In this document: in pieces, positions 12,292-29,357 of the stretch
How the letters are laid out: each line of letters opens with the position of its first letter
How positions within the stretch are numbered: the stretch's first letter is position 1
NCBI GenBank assembly: GCA_964016885.1
Contig: OZ024743.1
Span: 45,880,001-45,944,000 of the forward strand
Direction of reading: 5' to 3'
Length of the DNA stretch: 64,000 bases
Source of the DNA: Eledone cirrhosa
Lineage: Eukaryota
The notes under the pieces: generated by a model
What the model was told of the DNA's origin: nothing
Databases searched by the model: none
The model's input: only the letters and a program-made list of their open reading frames with translations
Translations under genes and position numbers: made by a program

Positions 12292-14544
12292 TGAATATAG
12301 ACATAGAATATTCGAAAATATTCTGTATGTTTATAATAAACATTTTGAAGACCTAATCGCTATAGAATAGAATACGTCACGTATTACAATTAGATTCTCG
12401 ATAAAAGCAAGGGAAGTAATCTACGCGTTTCATTCTTATTAGAAATCTTCAGGACTCCATATCCAGTGCTTTTATCGAGAATGACACAGCTAGAGACTTA
12501 TAGAATACTTAGCTGTGTACAGGAACTGGTTTGAAAGAGCGGTTGCCGGTCCGGCAGAAATTAGAAATTGGAATAAATGCTCTGAAATAGCGATATATAT
12601 GTGAATATAGACATAGAATATTCGAAAATATTCTGTATGTTTATAATAAACATTTTGAAGACCTAATCGCTATAGAATAGAATACGTCACGTATTACAAT
12701 TAGATTCTCGATAAAAGCAAGGGAAGTAATCTACGCGTTTCATTCTTATTAGAAATCTTCAGGACTACATATCCAGTGCTTTTATCGAGAATGACACAGC
12801 TAGAGACTTATAGAATACTTAGCTGTGTACAGGAACTGGTTTGAAAGAGCGGTTGCCGGTCCGGCAGAAATTAGAAATTGGAATAAATGCTCTGAAATAG
12901 CGATATATATGTGAATATAGACATAGAATATTCGAAAATATTCTGTATGTTTATAATAAACATTTTGAAGACCTAATCGCTATAGAATAGAATACGTCAC
13001 GTATTACAATTAGATTCTCGATAAAAGCAAGGGAAGTAATCTACGCGTTTCATTCTTATTAGAAATCTTCAGGACTACATATCCAGTGCTTTTATCGAGA
13101 ATGACACAGCTAGAGACTTATAGAATACTTAGCTGTGTACAGGAACTGGTTTGAAAGAGCGGTTGCCGGTCCGGCAGAAATTAGAAATTGGAATAAATGC
13201 TCTGAAATAGCGATATATATGTGAATATAGACATAGAATATTCGAAAATATTCTGTATGTTTATAATAAACATTTTGAAGACCTAATCGCTATAGAATAG
13301 AATACGTCACGTATTACAATTAGATTCTCGATAAAAGCAAGGGAAGTAATCTACGCGTTTCATTCTTATTAGAAATCTTCAGGACTACATATCCAGTGCT
13401 TTTATCGAGAATGACACAGCTAGAGACTTATAGAATACTTAGCTGTGTACATGAACTGGTTTGAAAGAGCGGTTGCCGGTCCGGCAGAAATTAGAAATTG
13501 GAATAAATGCTCTGAAATAGCGATATATATGTGAATATAGACATAGAATATTCGAAAATATTCTGTATGTTTATAATAAACATTTTGAAGACCTAATCGC
13601 TATAGAATAGAATACGTCACGTATTACAATTAGATTCTCGATAAAAGCAAGGGAAGTAATCTACGCGTTTCATTCTTATTAGAAATCTTCAGGACTACAT
13701 ATCCAGTGCTTTTATCGAGAATGACACAGCTAGAGACTTATAGAATACTTAGCTGTGTACAGGAACTGGTTTGAAAGAGCGGTTGCCGGTCCGGCAGAAA
13801 TTAGAAATTGGAATAAATGCTCTGAAATAGCGATATATATGTGAATATAGACATAGAATATTCGAAAATATTCTGTATGTTTATAATAAACATTTTGAAG
13901 ACCTAATCGCTATAGAATAGAATACGTCACGTATTACAATTAGATTCTCGATAAAAGCAAGGGAAGTAATCTACGCGTTTCATTCTTATTAGAAATCTTC
14001 AGGACTACATATCCAGTGCTTTTATCGAGAATGACACAGCTAGAGACTTATAGAATACTTAGCTGTGTACAGGAACTGGTTTGAAAGAGCGGTTGCCGGT
14101 CCGGCAGAAATTAGAAATTGGAATAAATGCTCTGAAATAGCGATATATATGTGAATATAGACATAGAATATTCGAAAATATTCTGTATGTTTATAATAAA
14201 TATTTTGAAGACCTAATCGCTATAGAATAGAATACGTCACGTATTACAATTAGATTCTCGATAAAAGCAAGGGAAGTAATCTACGCGTTTCATTCTTATT
14301 AGAAATCTTCAGGACTACATATCCAGTGCTTTTATCGAGAATGACACAGCTAGAGACTTATAGAATACTTAGCTGTGTACAGGAACTGGTTTGAAAGAGC
14401 GGTTGCCGGTCCGGCAGAAATTAGAAATTGGAATAAATGCTCTGAAATAGCGATATATATGTGAATATAGACATAGAATATTCGAAAATATTCTGTATGT
14501 TTATAATAAACATTTTGAAGACCTAATCGCTATAGAATAGAATA
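12292..14544 (-). repeat. Tandem array of 310-bp hammerhead-containing monomers (~7.3 copies), retrozyme-like
   Basis: GTGAATATAG recurs at 12601, 12911, 13221, 13531, 13841, 14151 and 14461. Copies are near-identical with one minus-strand hammerhead each. Confidence 0.95.
12416..12458 (-). ncRNA. Minimal type I hammerhead; first of 7 copies spaced 310 bp apart (last starts 14276)
   Basis: Reverse complement of the motif at 14778-14820. This first copy has one stem I substitution. Confidence 0.85.
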
Positions 14545-14545
14545 A

Positions 14546-15073
<528 letters not shown>

Positions 15074-15144
15074 TTACATGTGTGTTTGTCTTTATGGACA
15101 TTTTGAAAGCTGAATATTGTTTTGTTAGAAAGACAATCTTTGTT

Positions 15145-15196
<52 letters not shown>

Positions 15197-16188
15197 TAAG
15201 ATGGTAATAAGGACGAAACAGGAAGGACCCCTTCGTCAGCTGTTAACTGCAGATCATAATAGATGTTTCGGTGCTTAAAGGTCATCAAAAGCGATCAGCA
15301 GCGCGCCCAAGGCGTTTTATCGATCAAAAGGCCATGAGGGAAAGAAACGAAAAAGTAGTGAGGAGAGTGGAAGAAAGAAGAGAAAACGAAGTAAACAAAC
15401 CGAATAGAGGGACACACACAGGAGATCGCTTCGTTTCTTGTAATTTTATATATATATACAGTTCAAGAGTAACCAATCTTAAAGAGAGAGATGGAGATAG
15501 TAGAGGAGATATGAGAGGAGAGATTGGAGACTATTATTTTAATTTTTATTCCTTTGAAGTTCCGATGAGCCACTCTGTTTTTTAAATATGTTAATTATTT
15601 TCAACTGAACCAGATCAATTATGATATATAGTCATCTGATCCAGAAATATTATATGGAGTAGCGAAACAATTGTAAACGGACATTATTATTATTAATATT
15701 ATTATTATTATTCTCTACATTCCTTATATCAAACTAAAATGTTAACAATCTTTTAATAATGTCTTCCTTGTGAAGTTTGTGGTCTTGTTTTGCTTAACTA
15801 ATGAATACATATATATATATGACCGCCAGCAGTTTACTGCTATGACTCACACCCGCTCGCGGCACAGAAAGGAAGCCTGTTGATAAAGTGAATCCACTGT
15901 TCGATCATCCAAAACCAAAAGTGGAATTGTTGATTTCGGATTTCATAGAAACCTATCGGAGATATTGGTTAATATCGATGAGGTCCAGGTTTGTCAATAC
16001 CTGATTTGGTTTTCTCGTTACTTTGGTTCATATGGCTGGGTCACCAGTTGCAGTCTTCAATTCGTCAAGCTATCTAACGTATGTTATTACTCTAAGGTGA
16101 CACAACCTTATCGAGTGCTTTGCTGCACATTCCTGATTGTATATCGTTAGCTTGGCCACAGCCAAAACTTCGATTTTACTAAACTTCC

Positions 16189-16276
<88 letters not shown>

Positions 16277-16278
<2 letters not shown>

Positions 16279-16836
16279 GTAACTACAGCAGGTACAGTGA
16301 ATTTTTAAAGAATTTATTTAAAAACTTTTTCTTATTTGCTAAACCTTGATTATATATGTTATAGCTCGTTAATTTATTAACCTGCCATAGAACCACATTG
16401 GCATATGGTTGGATAATACACGTGTCCCTATATATATTTTGCATGTAGGGATATATACTTTATTATTATTAATCTCCCCTGGTCGAGATAATATTTTGGT
16501 CGTTTTGACTGCTGCTATTTCTAGTGGCAGTGGATTGACCTTTCCGCCTCTGCCTTCTATCTTTGCAGACGGCACTGGACAGAATTGCTTCTATATCATT
16601 CACTCTCATCTCGGGAACAATTTTGAATAGCGCCAGTTCGTAATTTGAACTCGGGATATTTATATTCTCCGAGTGAAAAGAACCCTCTGATAAGAGTCAG
16701 TCTTTCTTTTCAATGGATGTCCGTAAGGACTATCCATTTATTTTTGAGACTTGAAACCGTACGGTAGGGTAACTACAGCTGGTACAGTGAATTTTTTAAA
16801 ATTTATTTTAAACTTTTTCTTATTTGCTAAACCTTG

Positions 16837-16840
<4 letters not shown>
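16277..16840 (+). mobile_element. 490-bp hammerhead unit with ~75-bp terminal redundancy in (TA)n
   Basis: GGGTAACTACAGC..AAACCTTGATTA occurs at both 16277 and 16767. Confidence 0.75.
16681..16770 (+). ncRNA. Hammerhead motif with a G8 mutation
   Basis: AACCCT-CTGATAA-GAGTC...GACTT-GAAA-CCGTACGG-TA-GGGT. Confidence 0.65.
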
Positions 16841-16870
<30 letters not shown>

Positions 16871-17569
16871 AAAGCGTTTAAGCACGGAGGGGCTATAAAA
16901 ATAGCTGATAGAATATGGTAAAAACCGTTAAAAGGCGGAAAAAGAATTTGCCAACGGCCGCTATGAGGAATTGAAACCCATATTTTCCAGATACCGGGTA
17001 GAAGATATCTAGAGGGATAATTTAGAGATACGTATATATTTTGATAGAGATACGTATATATATAATAAAAATAGAGATACTTAGGCGTTTGTATTTGGTG
17101 CAGGAAAATAGAGTTCGGTAACCAATGACGCTGGTGATAGAAGGGTATCTTGTAAGAGCTGTGAGATCTTTATCTGATGTATCAGCTGTCTTGCGAACAA
17201 ATGCGGACGGTAGTCGAGAGTACGAAACTGAAATGTCACACCTGCGGAAGGATAAGTCATATTAACGAGACCACAACAGCCACAACAGAATTGACAGAAA
17301 CGCGAGGAAGAGCAACGGCAAGCAGAATAACAACCGGTGCCACTACTACAACAATGACCACAACTATTGATGGGGGAGGTCAAGGTGAAGTAACCCCACC
17401 CACCGAAACAAAATAATGTTCACACAAAATACACAGGTTCGCAGTCGTACCCTTGGTAGTGGAGACTTCTGGTGTCCTCGGCCCTAGGGAACCTCCCTAC
17501 TCACCACCATAAGCGCTGAGATGGCCAGCCGCAGGTGTGAGCCTCGCGAGCTGGAATGGTTTTTCCAGC

Positions 17570-17682
17570 GCGTCTCCCTTGCCGTCCTCCGGGTAAACGC
17601 CTTCTCCATTCTGTCAGCCGGGGCTGTGGGGAGGCCCCCAATATGATTGACTGTCTTGTCATTTTTTAAGTCAGATGTTCCA
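17570..17682. repeat. Dispersed repeat, second copy at ~26782-26890
   Basis: Shared GTCTCCCTTGC.GTCCTCCGGG.AA.CGCC..CTCCATTCTGT..GCCG.GGCTGTGGGGAGGCC.CCAATATGATTGACTG. Confidence 0.7.
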
Positions 17683-18344
17683 ACTCGGACATATACTAAC
17701 ATAACCAAATACACAAGAACAAACTCAGACATATACTAACATAACCAAATACACAAGAACAAACTCAGACATATACTAACATAACCAAATACACAAGAAC
17801 AAACTCAGACATATACTAACATAACCAAATACACAAGAACAAACTCAGACATATACTAACATAACCAAATACACAAGAACAAACTCAGACATATACTAAC
17901 ATAACCAAATACACAAGAACAAACTCAGACATATACTAACATAACCAAATACACAAGAACAAACTCAGACATATACTAACATAACCAAATACACAAGAAC
18001 AAACTCAGACATATACTAACATAACCAAATACACAAGAACAAACTCAGACATATACTAACATAACCAAATACACAAGGACAAACTTAGACATATACTAAC
18101 ATAACCAAATACACAAGAACAAAGTCAGACATATACTAACATAACCAAATACACAAGAACAAACTCAGACATATACTAACATAACCAAATACACAAGAAT
18201 AAGCTCAGACATATACTAACATAACCAAATACACAAGGACAAACTCAGACATATACTAACATAACCAAATACACAAGAATAAACTCAGACATATACTAAC
18301 ATAACCAAATACACAAGGACAAACTCAGACATATACTAACATAC
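17683..18344. repeat. 40-bp minisatellite, ~16.5 copies
   Basis: Unit AAACTCAGACATATACTAACATAACCAAATACACAAGAAC, head-to-tail with no spacers. Confidence 0.95.
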
Positions 18345-18574
18345 CCTGACGCATTGCGACGCTACAAAATGAAGGGAATTGTGAGGATTAAAGTGAAGAG
18401 TAGAAATTGTAGAATACAGAGAAGTTAACAATACTGAAGGGGGGGGGGGATATGCAAACACAGCCATATCACCAAGAATGGCCAAAATCAAACAAAAAAT
18501 AACAGACTGGGGTAAAATAAACCAATGAGATGACTGACCATCAAAGACAACAACCACAAAAAAAAAGAAAACTA

Positions 18575-18750
18575 ACAGCAGCAGTAGCAGCTAAATGAGA
18601 AACAACAACAGCAACAGTAGCGACAATAGCAACAACAGTAGTGACAACAACAGCAACAGTAGCTACAACAACAGCAGCAACAGTAGCTATAACAACAGCA
18701 ACAGTAGTGACAACAGCAGCAACAGTAGCTACAACAGTATCTACAACAGA
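18575..18750. repeat. Degenerate (ACA/GCA/GTA)n trinucleotide repeat
   Basis: Read directly from the sequence. Confidence 0.85.
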
Positions 18751-19194
18751 AGTGTAGCGCTCTCTTGACAGGGAAGTAGTTAGAGTTACTTCCCGTCGAA
18801 AGTCTAGAACTCTCTTTTGCAACTTCCGGAAAGAGGTTATAAATAGCGGCAACACAGCCAGCTCTTTCTCTCTTTGGCGCCTTTTCTTCGAACCGACAAC
18901 ACTGAAGATAAACATGTTAATCATGGGCTTGGACTATACCTAAATATCTACGAGGATATTTGTGTACAACAATTATAACGGAGTTATAATAAAATGAAGA
19001 CTTGTATTCGATATAGTGTTTTGTATATATATCTTATCCTTTTCTGTATAAAATTTAGTAGTTAGATTCCGATGATATTTACTCAAGTAAATAAGCAACA
19101 GTAGCTACAACAGCAGCAACAACAACACCACACCAACAACATCCACGGCACAGTCAGCGCGTGTGACCCCATTTGTTCATAATAGTGAGAGATG

Positions 19195-19385
19195 GGCGCT
19201 GGATTGACAGTATCGGTAGAGGGTCAGACGCTATGCTTTGCAGCAAAGAGTTACGGCCGTTTATGGTCTGAGTTCAAATCCCACCGAGGTTAACTTTGCC
19301 TTTCATCCTAACGGGGTCGATAAAATAAAATACCAGTAATGCATTGGGATAATTGTTGGCCTTGTGCCAAAAGTAGAAATAATAA
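19195..19385 (+). mobile_element. tRNA-derived SINE family 1, sense copy
   Basis: B-box GAGTTCAAATCC, central GCCTTTCATCC block and (AAT)n tail. Further copies at ~20530, ~21275, ~56380 and ~57580. Confidence 0.8.
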
Positions 19386-19904
19386 TAGTGAGAGATGGGG
19401 GGGGGCGAGAGAGACGGAGACGATGACAGTTGGAGTTTGTCTCCTTTGTGTTTGGACCTGGTACACGTGTGTGTGTGGATGTTTACCTCTGTTCGATATA
19501 AGACAGTAGCAGCGGCAAGAACAACAATGACAACACACGGTGTCCCATGGAGAGCGGGAAGAAATAACTAAGTCACTAGAACCTCCCCAGACCAGAAAAT
19601 AAGGCAATGTATAGGAGTGTGCACAGTCATAGGAAGTAAGAAGAGACATTTTAATCGAAACACAAACTTCTGTAAATGTTACAAGCTTGATCGATATTAT
19701 TTCCCATTTTTCGTATCAAGGTCAACGAAAGGTCAACAAGGTCAATGAAGGGTTGTTTCTGAATGATACTTTTAAAAAGGAATTTAAATAAATCATTTTT
19801 TAATGTTAATTCTATTTACAGCAATGTTACTAAACAGAATGTTATAGATATCAAAACTGAACTTGAACTAGGGCATCAGAAATGCTAGATGGAATCTAAA
19901 ATAG

Positions 19905-20500
19905 GTGGTGATGATGATGATGATGATGATGGTAGTCGTCGTCGTCATTGTGGTGATGGTGGTGATGGTGGTGATATGTTGGTGGTGGTGGTCGTGGTGA
20001 TGGTGGTGATATGGTGGTGGTGGTGGTGGTCGTCGTCGTGGTCGTGGTCGTGGTGATGGTGGTGTTATGGTGGTGGTGGTGGTGGTCGTGGTCGTGGTGA
20101 TGGTGGTGATATGGTGGTGATGGTGGTGGTGGTGGTGGTCGTCGTCGTCATTGTGGTGGTCGTGGTGATGGTGGTGATATGGTGGTGGTGGTGGTCGTCG
20201 TCGTCGTCGTCGTCGTCGTGGTGATGGTGGTGATATGGTGGTGGTGGTGGTGGTGGTGGTGGTGGTCGTCGTCGTCATTGTGGTGGTCGTGGTGATGGTG
20301 GTGATATGGTGGTGGTGGTGGTCGTCGTCGTCGTCGTCGTCGTCGTGGTGATGGTGGTGATATGATGGTGGTGGTGGTGGTGGTGGTGGTGGTGGTCGTC
20401 GTCGTCGTCATTGTGGTGGTCGTGGTGATGGTGGTGATATGGTGGTGGTGGTGGTGGTAGTCGTCGTCGTCGCCGTCTTCGTCGTCGTGGTGATGGTGGT
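19905..20500. repeat. Compound (GGT/CGT/GAT)n repeat with higher-order structure
   Basis: Read directly from the sequence. Confidence 0.9.
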
Positions 20501-20697
20501 AGTGTATTCGTGAGTGAATAATAATAATAATTCTTTCTACTTTTGTCACAAGGCCAGCTATTATCAGTGTATTACTGGTACTTTATTTTATAATATTAAT
20601 ATTCGGTTTGATGACGTCATCCTTTTACAGGTAGCTAATAGAATACAAACTCAATTTACAATTGTAAATTGTTTTGGAGTGCCTTGCTCCTTGTCAG

Positions 20698-20969
20698 CAG
20701 GGGCCTCGTTTGCCTTAAAAATGTGAGGGGGACAAACCAACATTTGTTGATTCTTAAAGGAGCATAAATTGTTTATGGTGCCTTTCCCGGACCCTATCAC
20801 ATTAGTAAAATTTTACGCTAATTAAATTTTATATATTCATATGAAGTTCAGATATAGAAAAATAAGCTTTAAAATAATTGATTATATCAAATAAACAAAA
20901 ATAAAATATAGACGTTTGAAAAAGTGGTGGGGACTTGTCCCCTGGTACCCCCCTGAAACAAGGCCCTTG
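20698..20969. mobile_element. hAT-superfamily MITE
   Basis: TIRs CAGGGGCCTCGTTT / AAACAAGGCCCTTG. Perfect 8-bp TSD CTTGTCAG at 20690-20697 and 20970-20977. Confidence 0.85.
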
Positions 20970-22273
20970 CTTGTCAGGTTTGTATATTCTGCTCGTTAGC
21001 ATCTGGAACTGCTGAGAATACATCATATTCTCAAAAGAGAATAATAGTATTCAGGGATTTGTTTTGACCAAAATAGAGTGATTGATCTAACGGATTCTCT
21101 AGAAAAGTTTCTAAAATCCTTTCGGGATAGGTATGAAGTGTTAAAACTGAAAGCCAAGAACTTCTGAGTCATCCCCAACTACAAAGCAGCAACAGGTAGG
21201 CCTGCATAACAATACAGATACATCAGTCTCAGAGGAAATTGCCCGTTCCCCGGGAGTCAAACTCAGATGCATGTGGATTGGCAGTATCGGTAGAGGTTAA
21301 CTTTGCCTTTCATCCTTACGGGGTTGATAAAATAAAGTACCAGTAATACACTGGGATAATTGCTGGCCTTGTGCCAAAAGTAGAAACAACTAATATCATT
21401 TTAGATCAGTTAACTGTTTCTTTACAAAAATGCAGATTAGCCTATGAATTAGTGCATAAGTCCAAATTATGTAGTTGACTTGATGCAGAGATAAAAACTG
21501 AAGCCGAGAAACTTATCAGTTTTTTCCCCGTGAGTTTAGTTATTTGGCGATGGAAGAAATTGTACATTTTGCAGCTTTTCCCAAGCTCAGGTCATAACTC
21601 AGGTCATGCCAACAGGCAGTGTTTCTCAATGATGAATTGCTTGCGGCTACATTTCCAAGTGTTGATGTAGTCCTTATAATATATTTGAGCTTCAGATTTA
21701 GTAAGTGTTCAAGTTAGAGATCATTCAGTAAATCAGCTCTCATAAAGATTTAACTGAGAATCATGAAGACCCACAAAATTCTAAGTGCTCTCTGCATAAA
21801 GGGTGTAGAAAACAGTGTTCGGAAGATGAGTTCAATAAAGATTGTTCAGATGCGGAAGGAAAGACCTTTCGTGGGTATTGTTTTGATACATATCACTATA
21901 AGTAGCTATATAGTACTGTACTTAGTTTTAGGTAATGTTTTGCATTGATAAATGCGTTTAACCTTATTTGACATTTAACATTTGTATATATGCATAAGTT
22001 GTCAATTCCAATTACATGCAATACACGTAATTTTGTGGGTTTGCTGTGCATAATAATGTTTGTGTAAGGTGGACACCAAGTTGTGGAGATAAGGTAAATA
22101 ACATTAGTACAGAGTTTGACTATGAAAGATTAGACCTGGCCAAAAATCATGCTTACTCAGTGTTAGATGTTCAGAAGGTAGAAGGAAATAGGTAAGCATT
22201 TCTTTCTGTTCTTTGTTAACCTTTTTGATACCAAACTACCGGGATACAGTGCTATTGATGCAGGATGAGCAGC

Positions 22274-22354
22274 TATTGGGTTGTAACATAAATTCCCGCC
22301 GATTTGTGAAAACAAACAAATTATAACGGTGGGAATTTATGTTACAACCCAATA
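22274..22354. mobile_element. ~80-bp Tc1/mariner-type MITE
   Basis: Arms TATTGGGTTGTAACATAAATTCCC / GGGAATTTATGTTACAACCCAATA with TA ends. Confidence 0.8.
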
Positions 22355-22414
22355 CATAGAAGCTTACTTTTTACTATGGTAAATAGGTTTGTGTTGAGAA
22401 TGATAGAGTGAATA

Positions 22415-22670
22415 CTCATGGGTTAATAGTTAGGGTACTGCGTCCACGATCACAAGGTTCTAAGTTCAATTCCATGACTAGGCAGCATATGCTATCCTTG
22501 ATCAAGACTTATTTCACGTTTCTCAAGTCCACACAGCTGGAAAGAATGAGTTGTGATGAAGCTGGTAGCAAGCTGTGTCAGCCTTCTCTTGGACAACATT
22601 GGTGGTGGGGAGAGAAGATACTTGTATGCATGACAGCTGGTCCTCCACAAAACAACCTTACCCAGATTTA
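22415..22670 (+). mobile_element. tRNA-derived SINE family 2, diverged
   Basis: Similar to 44410-44745. Confidence 0.6.
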
Positions 22671-22744
22671 ATATTATTCTTTATATGGTTAAATGACGAT
22701 TCGTGTTACTCTGGAGTTTCACTTGTCTCCTCACAGGATCATTA

Positions 22745-22847
<103 letters not shown>

Positions 22848-22890
22848 TATATACATACATATATATATATACACATATATATATACATAC

Positions 22891-22928
<38 letters not shown>

Positions 22929-22963
22929 TAATGATCCTGTGAATAGACAAGTGAAACTCCAGA

Positions 22964-23059
<96 letters not shown>

Positions 23060-23088
23060 CATACATATATATATATACACATATATAT

Positions 23089-23147
<59 letters not shown>

Positions 23148-23178
23148 TGATCCTGTGAATAGACAAGTGAAACTCCAG

Positions 23179-25945
<2,767 letters not shown>

Positions 25946-26214
25946 ATATAAACGGAAAAAATGAAACGACATTTCATTTCCCACTCTTAGTACGGCTGTT
26001 ACTTAAATATAAGTATGTACACGTACATACATATATGTATACAGACATATAATAGTATGATAATATATATACATACATGCACATATATATATATGTACGT
26101 ATGGTTCACCAAACATTTATTATAATGCTCGGTGTGTTTGTAAACAAACATCCCGTATTAAGCCGTAGTGTCTAGCAACCATAGTTGCTCGTTTGTTCAA
26201 CACTGACAAAGGAA

Positions 26215-26255
26215 CGCTGTACTAGTTTCAAGCTTATTAGCTATCGTCAGCAACG
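26215..26255 (-). ncRNA. Minimal type I hammerhead ribozyme
   Basis: rc CGTTG-CTGACGA-t-AGCT-AATA-AGCT-t-GAAA-CTAG-TA-CAGCG. Confidence 0.85.
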
Positions 26256-27180
26256 TATACCTTCCTGCCAGATTGTTGAACCTCTGAAAGTATATACCTA
26301 TCTTCTTTTTCTTCTTCTCTTTCTTCTTCTCTCTCTTGTTTTTCTTCTTCTTCTTCTTCTTGGTGGTGGTAGTTTTATTTTTAAAGAACCTTTTAATGTA
26401 GTGATCTAGTTAGTATAGTATTAATAAATATTAGTGAATTCTATGCTTCAGCTATCGAAGCTATACTTAAACTAACGTAGCTAAAACCTTCGCCGACAGA
26501 GTCTCTTTAGCGAAAATGTTCGAGATTGTCACGCCATTTTGTAAGATAAAACAAACAACTTTAATATCAAATATTCTAATGAGTGTTCAACGACATATTT
26601 ACAGTTCTGGAACACTTTAATATGCTTCAACAAAGATCGCAATTCATCGGAAATTACTTAAAATTATTCCCAACTAATTAATTAATTAAGAATGCTCTCA
26701 CAATATTTCTATAAAGGCAGCCACATAGATACATGTTTTAAATATTTATACAAAATATAGTTTCTAAGAATTCAAGCTTTGTCGTCTCCCTTGCTGTCCT
26801 CCGGGCAACGCCCACTCCATTCTGTTCGCCGAGGCTGTGGGGAGGCCACCAATATGATTGACTGACGTCATTTTATCAGTCAGATGTTCTAATGATTCTA
26901 CACATATATATATATATATATATATATACGTTAAACTTTAGACAGATTACGACGTATGATGCCCATTACTCTTCAATCTCTCCCGGTTTCTTACTATACA
27001 TGTTGATATTGTTCAATTCGAACGCCTGTAAAGACATGTAGTCATTTTATCTGCTAGAAAAAGCTGCAAAATCCGAGTTAAATAAATATTTTCTAGAGTA
27101 AAAAAAAAAAAAAGAATTCAAGCTACACATCCGAATGGCCCACTCATAAAATACTAAGACTAAATTTTATAATTCTATGA

Positions 27181-27557
27181 ATGTGTGTGTGTGTGTGTGT
27201 ATGTCTGTGTGTGTGTGTGTCTGTCTGTGTGTACCTGTGTGTCTGTGTGTTTGTATGTCTCTGTATGTGTCTGTGTCTGTGTGTCTGTGTGTCTGTGTAT
27301 CCGTGTGTCTGTCTGTGTGTCTGTGTGTCTGTGTGCCTGTGTGCCTGTGTGTGTGTCTGTCTGTGTGTGTATCTGTGTGTCTGTGTGTGTATCTGTGTGT
27401 TTGTATGTGTATCTGTGTGTCTATGTGTGTATCTGTGTGTCTATGTGTATGTCTGTGTGTCTGTGTCTATATGTGTCTGTGTCTGTGTCTGTGTTTCTCT
27501 GTCTGTCTGTGTATCCGTGTATGTGTGTATATGTGTGTCTGTGTGTGTGTATGTATC

Positions 27558-27593
<36 letters not shown>
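27181..27593. repeat. (GT/CT)-rich microsatellite
   Basis: Read directly from the sequence. Confidence 0.9.
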
Positions 27594-27986
27594 CTTTGAA
27601 CCTCCATTGATTCAGACGACGAATGTTCCAGTTGATCAACAGAACTGTCTGCTCGTGAAATCAATAAACAAGTAGCAAACCATTCATCAATATGTACCCT
27701 TAGCGTGATTCTTGGGGAGATTCAGTGTACCAAGTCTGGCCATTCTAAATTACAGCTCCAACTTATTTTTACCAGAAGTGTGGACTGGAGCAATGTCACA
27801 TAAATTGTCCTCCTCAAGAACACAACGCAGCCCCAGGAATTGATCTCATAACCTTACGGCCGTGAGCCGAACTCCTTAACTACTATTACATATATACCCT
27901 CACCCCACCCCACCCCCCCACACACACCTATATATATATATATATATTTCGTTTCTGAATTTGGCAACATGACCCTCCCAAAGTAT

Positions 27987-28046
<60 letters not shown>

Positions 28047-28170
28047 GAGACAATTCACAACAGAAAAACACAAACCCTCCATCTCAATTTTACTTTTGAA
28101 AATCATAAGAACTGTGAAACCGGTAGATTAAATTAAATATTCTTAAAAGACTCCATTTTCAATTTCTTTT

Positions 28171-28212
<42 letters not shown>

Positions 28213-28311
28213 ATAATAATGAATTTGAAGACTAAAATCCAAAGAGTGCTCGATAAGGATAAATATATATCAAATATATAAGAACCGTAGAGCAAGCAAA
28301 TATTTATTTTA

Positions 28312-28356
<45 letters not shown>

Positions 28357-28406
28357 AAGAATGAAGATTAACATGTTTGGCTGTACTATAAGGGCTTTAT
28401 TTAAAG

Positions 28407-28515
28407 TACTGACAATTGTTTCGTTGATCATGTGGGTCTAGAGTTCGCTAATCGCTTGATGTTGCCTTATTCGATCTCCAATACATTATTTACCTATGGT
28501 CAACACATCAGAGTA
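28407..28515 (-). ncRNA. Hammerhead motif with long stem II insert and an A9 substitution
   Basis: rc TACT-CTGATGT-GTTGA...TCAAC-GAAA-CAATTG-TC-AGTA, followed by AATAAA. Confidence 0.7.
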
Positions 28516-29357
28516 TGTATATATGAAAATAATTCACTCGAGGCAAGACTAATATAGAGAAATAGTGTATAATTAAAACAATAACATCAATAATAAAATA
28601 GCGTATAATATAAACAATAACATCAATAATAATACATGTATGGTAAATAGGTAGAGAAGTTACAGACGTAAGAAACAAAAGTAGAATAAAAGATAGGGTA
28701 CATAAAAAAGTAAGAAAATTAGAGAATGGAAAATATAAAGAGATAAATAAATAAATAAGTGAGAGCTTGTAAGTACATAGTAGTAGTTTTTGAGTAAGTG
28801 TTCTTATAAGGATTCGTTGGTGGGAAACTAGATTCGAGATGTACATAGATACGTGTAGAGGGTCCGATAAAAGAGACAATAAATTAGAGATTAATTGCTG
28901 GATGTATGTATGATATTTATGGACTAGGGATGACGGGACATTTGATAAACGCTTGTTGTAAATGTTTTGCTGATTGTTCTATCTTAATGGGGTTGATGTT
29001 GTTTCAGGGAGAGAGGATGAAAGAGATGTTCAGAGATTTATGATCCAGTGTCCAATTGGCCGTTTGATAGCTAATAGCAGTGCGATGGTGTGTATTCTAT
29101 ATGTTAAAATCTAGGTGGTTCAGTACTAATTTTGGGATTGGTGGTTCAATTCATGGTGGTTTAAAGTTTGTGAATCTAGTAGCTATCTTATGTCTACAGA
29201 AAATATATTTTTATATTTTGCTGTTAAGCAGCATCCCATCGTACCTTAAAATATGGAGTAGTTATGAATTACAAAGCCTGCAGGCTTTCGCTACCGATAA
29301 TTTTGACCAGCTGATCTTATATTCTAGGTTTCTGTCCTTAAGCTGTCAGATTTTATT

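Noticed and set aside
15200-15295. CTGACGA and GAAAC fragments on the minus strand
   Set aside because: The elements are in the wrong order or lack pairing stems.
17683-18344. CRISPR-like regular 40-bp repeat
   Set aside because: Units are contiguous with no unique spacers, there are no cas genes, and the context is eukaryotic.
19195-19290. tRNA gene
   Set aside because: The A/B boxes belong to multi-copy SINE heads and no cloverleaf forms.
19868-20549. His/Thr/Pro-rich ORFs
   Set aside because: Trinucleotide repeat open in several frames, with no splice or domain evidence.
21540-21950. Possible exon or transposase remnant
   Set aside because: No recognisable motif or sustained reading frame.
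28880-29357. Degraded PLE endonuclease upstream of the 28407 hammerhead
   Set aside because: Only faint motif traces with many stops, so it cannot be supported without an alignment.
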